Part shown: one piece after another, positions 56,221-64,000 of the stretch
How the letters are laid out: every line of letters begins with the position of its first letter
How positions within the stretch are numbered: position 1 is the first letter of the stretch
IMG/VR virus record: IMGVR_UViG_3300020057_000040
Reading direction: 5' to 3' (one strand)
From: an uncultured virus (IMG/VR IMGVR_UViG_3300020057_000040)
Lineage: Duplodnaviria > Heunggongvirae > Uroviricota > Caudoviricetes
DNA length: 64,000 nucleotides
Notes under the pieces: generated by a model
The model's input: only the letters and a program-made list of their open reading frames with translations
Told to the model about the DNA's origin: nothing
Database searches by the model: none
Position numbers and translations under genes: made by a program

Positions 56221-58817
56221 CAAAATAAAAATAGGTAACTATATATCTATTGGGACAAGGTTTAAAATTTTTAAGCCGTTTTTGTAGGAAATAACAAACA
56301 TTTTATTTTTTCACATACTTTTCTTTGTATTCTTGTTTAAGTTCTTCTTCGAGTTCAAACATCTTATCCCACTCAGGTAATTTTCTTAAATCATCACGGC
56401 TTCCATTATCCCATAAAAAATGTTGGTTATACGTAATTAATTTTATATTTGGTTCATATAACTTGAATAATGGGTATCTGTTTTCTGCCTTTGGTAATAC
56501 GTGTGAAAAATTACTAACACTAAATTTATAAATTGGTTCACCGTTAATAAATGATATGTGTTCCTTCATACTCTCCCACATGGATTGCATGAGTTGTAAT
56601 TCTCCTGTCGGTACTCTTTTATAAGTTATAGGACTTTTCTTTAACTGTTTATAAACTTTCTTTGGCTTATCCTTATTTTTTTCTATTAATTTCTTTCTTT
56701 TTTCACCTGCATAATGATAACCGCATAACGGTGGATTTCGTTTTGATAATCGTTTTACTTTATCGTCTGTACACATACTGCATACACCTTCCATTATTAT
56801 CATAACGATAATGTTATTTTAAATTTTACAGTAAATATTTTCTTTAATATCAGTAATTTTTAATTTTTCAATTATTTTCTCCATACTTTCAATACCCGTA
56901 GGTGCAAGTGTGAACCTTTCAACCTCAATTCCTTTATCGTTACAACAAAGTAAAGTCCAAACCATATTATTACCTAATGCAATTAATTTATAACTACTGT
57001 ATCGTTCCGTTTTTAATTCGTGTACCCTATCTTCAAACCAATCGGATACATCTACGGTTATTCTTATTTTCATAAAATATTTTATAATTTTTAATTACTC
57101 CAATTGAATGTAAATGAATCTACTGTATTTAATTTTTTGAATTTATCACCGAATGTTTCTTTAGCATAATTTTCTAACTTATCATATAGTTCATCATATT
57201 TTATTAATGTATCACTAACTGTTTTTACTGATTGCTTAGTATTCCTGTATGATAAACTTGATTGTACCCAACCTTTAAAGTAAGTATCTATGTAATCAAA
57301 GCAGCTATTCCTATTTAAAAAAACACCATGCCAAATAGAAACAACAATATCATCATCCAATATGTAAGCGACAGTATTCCATTCTTTAATGAAAACAATT
57401 TCTAATATTTTTTTTATATCCATTATGATTAAATTTCAGTTTAAGCCTTTTTACCGAATATGACATTACTCTCAAATATATCTTTTTTTAAATGATAACA
57501 CTCATTTTTTATTACCCGAATAATAACATCTGCTAATAAATCGTTTTAGTTTTTAATTAACTTCTTGTTGCAAATGGTGATTCGTTTTTTACCATTCCGA
57601 AATTATAAATCTTATGTTTCTCAGCAATATCTGAAATTTCATCACGGGTCATTGTTTCTAATAATTGATTACGTGCGACACAAACAGTATCAAACAAAAT
57701 TAAGTTCGCCTGACCTTCCGTTAAGTTGTCTATGGTGTATTTCAAATAACGTTCAGGAGTAAATTCTTCATAGTAAATACCTGTAATTATAATTTTTACT
57801 TTCCTTAGTTTATCCTTATCGGTTACTTTACCGAAAAAGTATTTATCAAATTTTTTACCTTGTTCTTTTTGTTCGGATTTTGGCATAATCTTTTGCAATC
57901 TGTTTCGGATGTTAATACATATCTCGTGGCATATAACCAATACATCAATGGTAGTTAATTCATTTCCTTTTTCTTCACCGTCAACAAATAGTAACATCTT
58001 ACGGTCAGGGTGTGGTACATCACAGAAGTCACCTGATATTTCTAATTTAAACGGCTTTAGTGTTTTCATATTTTGACATTAAATCATAAATTCTTTTGCT
58101 AATTTACTACATAATGAAGTGAGTTCTTTTTCGCCTGAAATATTTTCAGTTGTTTTGTCATCAACTCTGCGGTATAATGCGTTTATTATAGCCGTTTTTT
58201 CTTTTTCATTAAAAATAAAATTGAATATAAATTTTCTCATGTTAATTTTTTTTTTAAAACGTTAAACCAATCAGTAAATTTTTTATTTTGTATTTTTTTT
58301 ATGTTTGCAATTAAAATGTTTTGGTCTTACAGATTCCATTATTTTTTTAGTTTATTATTAATAAAAACATATTCAGCGTGTGAAAGTGCTTGATGGTATT
58401 TTTTAACCGACTTAATGAAACCAAAGAAAGCCATTTTGCTAACACCAACATATTCGTTACCATAATCCAAAGGTTCTCTTTCTGTTTTAGGAAATATTTT
58501 TTCCGTGTTAGAATCCATAGAGTTTTTAAGCAACTCGTATTCGGCTGCATTTAAAGCAAAGTGATATTTATTCATAACAGATAATAAGTGTTTAAAACTA
58601 TTACCTGAATCAAACTTCTTTTTGTAAATACCATCTTTAACTCTATTCCTAACAGGAAATATTTTTATTGATTCCATTGCTTCTGTAATTTTATCAACTT
58701 TTTTTTCTACTGCTTCTGCCATCTTACGAAGCAACTCCAAAGTTTCAGGTGAACAATTGGGACTGACTGTTGCAACTGACTTTGAAGTTACCCGTATATG
58801 GCGGTGGTCATCAAACA

Positions 58818-60335
58818 TTAATCTAATTTTTTTATTCGTTCACGTATTTGCTCTAAAGTAGTTTCATTAAAAAATTTACCATCTTCATAAATTACTTTAA
58901 GCATACCTTTAGATTCTTCTTCGTGAGTACATTGAGTTTTTACCTCATAGTTTTCTGTAACCTGAATCAATCCTTTTAAAGATTTTTTAGTTCCGTCATC
59001 AGTTATAGGGTCTTTATAAATATCGTACTCTTTACCATCGGCTTCAAACCACGCTCCTTTAGCAGCGAAACCTAGTGAATCCCTTGTAACATATCTGTAT
59101 GTATAAGAACCAACACCTAAAACAATATTTGTTGAAGCAAATCCTTTAGCAGCTAACCTTTCATAAATTTTAATCTGTCTGTCTAAGGTTATAGAATCAC
59201 CATACAGTACGCCAATGTGAGGGTCAAGAACTTTGTAACCTTGATTATTTATAGTACCACCGAATATATCCCAAAGTAATTCTATAACGCCTTTACAGGC
59301 AGGAATATCCTTATCAGCTATTGGACTGTCTTTCATAAATCTATTATCTAAAGTAAAATACTTTCCATCTTCTACAATAAATTCTTCATGTCCACAAATA
59401 ATATCAATAGGATTACCACTATCAGGACGGATAACTAATTTACCATCACGACCCATAATTTCAGATTTCAAGGCAATCAAATAAACGGTAATTAATTTCC
59501 ACAAATCGAATGTGTCTGCTACGATAGATAAAATACCTTTATCAAATTCTTTTAACCAATCTGCTATCATTTGTTGTTCTCCTACTGTAAATATCTTTGT
59601 GGTAGATACAGAGTGTTCAGAAGCGTTAACTGAATTAATACAAACTTTATCTTCGGGTTCACCGTAGAAATATCTTGCTGCAAGAATTACAATTAATGTA
59701 TCAGAACCCCTGTGGCTTGTTGCATGACCCATGCCACTTGAAATCATATCAAATGGCGACATACCCCTTGCGCTAAAATCATGGCACATATAATCAATGA
59801 GCCAAGCATTTGTAGGGTCTGTTTTCATAACCCAATGTTTCGCATTTCTTCTGTATTGTAAAGCCGTTGTTGCTGATGTAGATGAAACCCAAGCTAAACT
59901 TGAAACAATTGTTTCCAAGTATAATGTTAACCACGCAAAACCACTTTTTGTATTTATAAAAGTCATGTGTGGTACGTTAGGGTTTGTTTCTATTCCTTCG
60001 GGTAAACTTTTTGCTTTAATAGGCAAATAACCGACTTTATGTAATTCTTCAAAATGTGAAGCATTAAAATCCTGCATGAGATATAAACTCATGTCTTTAC
60101 CGAATTTCATTGCTTGTTCTAATGGTAGTTTAAAGAAATTTTCCGTAAACTCATCATGTAGCCATCTCCAAGTCAATTGTTGACCGAATGATAAAATTTT
60201 AGTTATGCCTTTGTTAGCGTGTTTGATGCTTCTTGGTATCCAAGTACCGTATAGAAAATTAGTGTTTGGTGCTAACATTCTTTTGTGTCCTACTTTATAT
60301 CCATCGGAATAGTAGAGTGAGTTTGGTCTAAACAT
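58818..60335 (-). CDS. nadV: Nicotinamide phosphoribosyltransferase
   Basis: SDGYKVGH, HDFSARG, ASEHSV, SIVADTFD, VIRPDSG, LYGDSIT and KDPITDDGTKKSLKG motifs. Confidence 0.92.
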   Translation of the reverse strand: MFRPNSLYYSDGYKVGHKRMLAPNTNFLYGTWIPRSIKHANKGITKILSFGQQLTWRWLHDEFTENFFKLPLEQAMKFGKDMSLYLMQDFNASHFEELHKVGYLPIKAKSLPEGIETNPNVPHMTFINTKSGFAWLTLYLETIVSSLAWVSSTSATTALQYRRNAKHWVMKTDPTNAWLIDYMCHDFSARGMSPFDMISSGMGHATSHRGSDTLIVILAARYFYGEPEDKVCINSVNASEHSVSTTKIFTVGEQQMIADWLKEFDKGILSIVADTFDLWKLITVYLIALKSEIMGRDGKLVIRPDSGNPIDIICGHEEFIVEDGKYFTLDNRFMKDSPIADKDIPACKGVIELLWDIFGGTINNQGYKVLDPHIGVLYGDSITLDRQIKIYERLAAKGFASTNIVLGVGSYTYRYVTRDSLGFAAKGAWFEADGKEYDIYKDPITDDGTKKSLKGLIQVTENYEVKTQCTHEEESKGMLKVIYEDGKFFNETTLEQIRERIKKLD

Positions 60336-60411
60336 ATTATTTATTTTTATTGGTTTTTAATTTTGTTAATTGTTTTATTGATTCATTAATTTATAGCGAA
60401 TTTTACCTCCA

Positions 60412-60861
60412 TTAGTCTTGTTCTTTGTGTAATTTTTTTTGTGTGTATTCAATTGCTTTATCGAAATCAATGAAAAGAGGAATACTAAATCTTTCACACA
60501 TGATGTGTATGTTCTCAGACCTGTAAAATTGTTTAGGACAACAAACTATCAACTTACCTGACTTGTAGTGCATACCAAATTCCAATAACGTAATTGGTGA
60601 TTTACTATCGGGTAATATGTTCATAAAAATATATTTTGATTTTTCCATTGCATCTATTTCCCAATTAACTTGTTCATCAGAATTAACGTTATCAAAATTT
60701 GTACGACGTGGATTGTAAATATCATAATCTAATCCGCTTAATTTGTAAATGGCTATTTGCTGCCAATCAACACTTTTTCCCATTTCAATTGTACCTGCTA
60801 AGAAGATACCTTTTCTTTCTGTATTCAGAATGTAGTCGGGGGCTGTAAATACTTTTCTCAT
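60412..60861 (-). CDS. Nucleoside 2-deoxyribosyltransferase-like domain protein
   Basis: IFLAGTI...WQ, YNPRR, QVNWE and SPITLLEFG motifs. Confidence 0.85.
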   Translation of the reverse strand: MRKVFTAPDYILNTERKGIFLAGTIEMGKSVDWQQIAIYKLSGLDYDIYNPRRTNFDNVNSDEQVNWEIDAMEKSKYIFMNILPDSKSPITLLEFGMHYKSGKLIVCCPKQFYRSENIHIMCERFSIPLFIDFDKAIEYTQKKLHKEQD

Positions 60862-60993
60862 TTTTATTTATTTAGTTATATGTTGGTTACAAGGCTTTAA
60901 ATTTCTCATTTAGTTGGCTTTTTAAAACCATTTTACCCTACTTTTTGGGATTTTCGTGGACAAGAGAAATTCAAATAATTTGTTATTGCTTTA

Positions 60994-62313
60994 TTAATCA
61001 AATAAACCTCCTTGATTTGTTTTTTGTATTTTTGCTTCTTTAAAATTTAAATTATCAAATTCAACGCTCGGCTTCCCTTTGGCATTGAGTTCTTTTACAA
61101 TTATTGTTCTCTTAAATTTATATTTGTTACTCACGACAGGGCGATAACTACATTGTAATAATTTATAGCCACTGTTTAATATGCCGTTTTTTATAGGACT
61201 AACCGAAATTGCAAATGGTTTGTAATAATCACTTGGAACAAAATTGTCCACTACAAGCATACCTTTCTCATCATAATATTGTTTGGGTATTTCTTTCAAA
61301 GGTTTTATTTTGTCTGTTTTGTGTTTTTGATGTTTATTTGTATAAACGTAAGTTTTAGCCCTTTTTTTCTTGTATGTTGGTGTTAAAAACCAATTAAATT
61401 CAAACGGAATAACTGATATTTTTTTGTTTTGCCAAAGTTCTTTTGTCCATTTATATTGAACTGCTGCCCCATTTCCAAAGCAAATAACATCTTTTCCTGT
61501 TGATTGCATACATTTAAAAAAATGTTCAAATTTTGAAAACGGTGGGTTTGTAATGATAATATCAGCTTCATTATTTGCAATATTCATACATTCTTTGTCA
61601 GAATATGAGCCGTGAAAATTTGACTTAGTTCCAACAGGCGGGATTCTTAATATCTTTTTGCCATCATATTTCACAATAAATCCATCGTATTCATTCCATT
61701 GATTACTGAAAAGAGAACCCGAAAAGTCCAATTTAGAGCCGTCAAAACGTGTTGAAATAATTTGTTTTAATTTTAATTTTTTAAAATTATTGTAAAAGTA
61801 AATCCAAAATGCCGATTGCCCTGCATCATCACAGTTCATATAAATTACTTTATTTTTCCAATAATCTGTTCCAAAATGCTCTACAATTGTTTCTACATCT
61901 TGATAGAAAGTATAACATTCATCGCTTTCAATAGAAACCATATCATCATCATCATTGTATCTTCCTTTGGTTCTTGTTTTGTTAAGTCGCTCTAAATCTG
62001 TTAAACTACCACTTTCATTAACTTGTGGCAAATCGTTTATCGAAATCAAAGGAAATATTTTTTGCCAAATTGCAGAACGTAATTCTTTACTGTCATAACT
62101 ACATTCTTTGCCTTTGCCTACACTATTCCATTCGGGCAGGTTGTAAATAATTTTTAAAACTTCGTCTGCGTTGTCTTTAACTATTATTGGCAAAATCCAT
62201 TCAACTTTTTTACCTTTTTGTCCTTTCCAAGCATAACCACCACGACCTCTGTGTAATTCAAGTTGTCCATCACAACTTTCTAAAATAACATAGTCAATTT
62301 TACTCTTTGCCAT
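60994..62313 (-). CDS. Adenine-specific DNA methyltransferase, EcoRI-like family
   Basis: DECYT, KVIYMNCDD..SAFW.YF and ADIIITNPPFS motifs. Confidence 0.8.
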   Translation of the reverse strand: MAKSKIDYVILESCDGQLELHRGRGGYAWKGQKGKKVEWILPIIVKDNADEVLKIIYNLPEWNSVGKGKECSYDSKELRSAIWQKIFPLISINDLPQVNESGSLTDLERLNKTRTKGRYNDDDDMVSIESDECYTFYQDVETIVEHFGTDYWKNKVIYMNCDDAGQSAFWIYFYNNFKKLKLKQIISTRFDGSKLDFSGSLFSNQWNEYDGFIVKYDGKKILRIPPVGTKSNFHGSYSDKECMNIANNEADIIITNPPFSKFEHFFKCMQSTGKDVICFGNGAAVQYKWTKELWQNKKISVIPFEFNWFLTPTYKKKRAKTYVYTNKHQKHKTDKIKPLKEIPKQYYDEKGMLVVDNFVPSDYYKPFAISVSPIKNGILNSGYKLLQCSYRPVVSNKYKFKRTIIVKELNAKGKPSVEFDNLNFKEAKIQKTNQGGLFD

Positions 62314-62771
62314 AAATATTTATTTTTTAATTATTTATTTAGTTTATTATCATTAATATATTTAAATACTCTTTTTATTCCGATTTGATTAGCCTTATAA
62401 TTGTTTTTATTTTTTAATTCGTGATAAGCCAATCTGTTTATTATAGGGTAATAACACGTTACCTTTCGGTAAGCAATCCATAAATTAACTTCGTATTTTT
62501 TTTTCAGCCAATTAATTAATTGTTCATTTGTTGGTGCTGCTGTTGCCCATTGAGGTAATGTATTATTGGTAAAACTTAAAATAAGTTTTTTATCTTGATT
62601 TTCGTAATAACCAAGACACTCACCGTCAAATCCATGCTTCTTAGCTAAAACAGCATTTTTATAACTCACAAATAATTCTTGTAATTCTTTTTCCATTTTA
62701 TTTTATCTTTTTGAGCGTAAAACCCCTACGCCTTTAGGCTAGGGGATGTAAGCGAACCCAACGCTTTCATT

Positions 62772-64000
62772 TTAGTTTAAATTTAATTTTTGTGTATCAA
62801 TAATCCAACTTTTTCTTGCACTAACTCGTTTCATTTTTTCAAACTTAGGAATTGGTTTTAGTTCAACTTTTTTGTTATCAATGTTCATTAGTATGGCGTA
62901 TCCTGTTGCCATTCTACCTTTGATAAAATATATTTTTCCTTCGTATTCAACCTTGTCAAATTTTCTGAATCCTTTGATTTTTCCAACAGGAATAATTTGT
63001 TCAGAGCGCACTCCTTTTCTTAATTGAAAATCTCCATCTGAAATACACCTCTTTAAAATAATTTCATTTGTTTTAAAAGTAACAGGATTTCCATTGCTAC
63101 CAATTGCAACAGCATCAAAATAATGTTCTTTTGGCAAACCAATTAATTGTCGGTGTTCTTTTGTAATGTATCCAAAAGTTTCTTCTGCATTTGAAAGTCG
63201 TTTTAATAATTGAACACGAATTGAGTTCATTTGTGTAGCATGATTTAATTGACCTTTCTTTTTACCTTTTAATTTAAGAATAATTTTTCCTGAGTGTAAA
63301 TCTTCATGGCAAGTATCGTGCAAGGTTATTAGATTTTTTTCATCATCAGAACCACCTTCACTTTTAAAAATAATATGATGAACTTCTAATTTTTTGTTTT
63401 CTGTTTTCTTTTTACAATGTTGACAAATATAATTATCACGGTGCAAAACATAGGATTTTGTATTTGCGAAACCATAGTTAATTCCTTTTTGATATAACGA
63501 ATTATTTTTTAAAACATCAGGGTTTTTTAGTGCGTGTGTGTCAAAAGTTGCTGTTTCAATTTTTAATTTTGTAATAGGTAAAATTGATTTTACAAATTTA
63601 ATTTCCTTTAAATGAGAATTAATTTTACTTGTCATTGTTGGTGAAAATCTGTCAGTTCTGATACTGTTTTTTCTATTGTCGAATCTTGGTTTTCTGTATC
63701 TTGTATTTTTGTTTCTGCGAAACCTTCGATACTTTGAACGCTGTGTCATTTTTTCTGAAACATCATTTCTGATTGTAATTTCAGAAACATAAACAACTTC
63801 ATTTTTTTCATTCAAAACTGCACTTCCAACAACCGAACTTCCTGAATCAATATCATGTTCTAAATCTTGTTTGTAGTCGGTTGTTTCATAATTTAATTGA
63901 ATTGTAAAAGGCGTAGTCATTACTACTTTCGCCTTGTTTTGTTTAAGCAAAATTCTTCCAATTGCCGAACAGCATGGCATCAGAGGATTTTTTTCTTTGC
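62772..64000 (-). CDS. iscB: Second IscB nuclease; 5' end runs off the window; element right end at about 62711-62772
   Basis: NPLMPC at the window edge, IDSGS, RSKYRRFRR, IETATFD, HNH CQHC..VHHII..HDTCH and HYFDA motifs. Confidence 0.92.
   Translation of the reverse strand, partial: KEKNPLMPCCSAIGRILLKQNKAKVVMTTPFTIQLNYETTDYKQDLEHDIDSGSSVVGSAVLNEKNEVVYVSEITIRNDVSEKMTQRSKYRRFRRNKNTRYRKPRFDNRKNSIRTDRFSPTMTSKINSHLKEIKFVKSILPITKLKIETATFDTHALKNPDVLKNNSLYQKGINYGFANTKSYVLHRDNYICQHCKKKTENKKLEVHHIIFKSEGGSDDEKNLITLHDTCHEDLHSGKIILKLKGKKKGQLNHATQMNSIRVQLLKRLSNAEETFGYITKEHRQLIGLPKEHYFDAVAIGSNGNPVTFKTNEIILKRCISDGDFQLRKGVRSEQIIPVGKIKGFRKFDKVEYEGKIYFIKGRMATGYAILMNIDNKKVELKPIPKFEKMKRVSARKSWIIDTQKLNLN

Noticed and set aside
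1..64000. Stop-codon reassignment as in some Bacteroidota phages
   Set aside because: Known genes are intact in the standard code, several end in TAG or TGA, and no suppressor tRNA was found.

Overview
AT-rich, gene-dense window with mostly short hypothetical ORFs, 23 tRNA genes plus one degenerate tRNA, Bacteroidota-type TAnnTTTG promoters and no core cellular housekeeping operons. It is most consistent with a large (jumbo) phage of a Bacteroidota host (inference). Recognisable genes: ParB-like, DnaQ exonuclease, DUF5131, YopX, two IscB (OMEGA) nucleases, GH17-like hydrolase, HNH, GIY-YIG, J-domain/kinase-like, vWA, PurA-like, deaminase, NAMPT and an EcoRI-type methylase. Two systems stand out. 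(1) An integron-like array (42.1-51.0 kb): about 18 attC-like hairpin sites separate small gene cassettes, a tyrosine recombinase lies next to an attI-like end, and the cassette beside that end duplicates an internal cassette. (2) Three tRNA operons, each preceded by a short leader ORF enriched in the amino acids of the downstream tRNAs, two with clear terminator/antiterminator structures, suggesting tRNA-sensing attenuators. Also present: a circularly permuted tmRNA, a 36/30/36 CRISPR-like mini-array inside a gene, an ORF-less omegaRNA element, boxA sites and several candidate ncRNAs. All calls are by eye, no searches were run, and novelty is unconfirmed.
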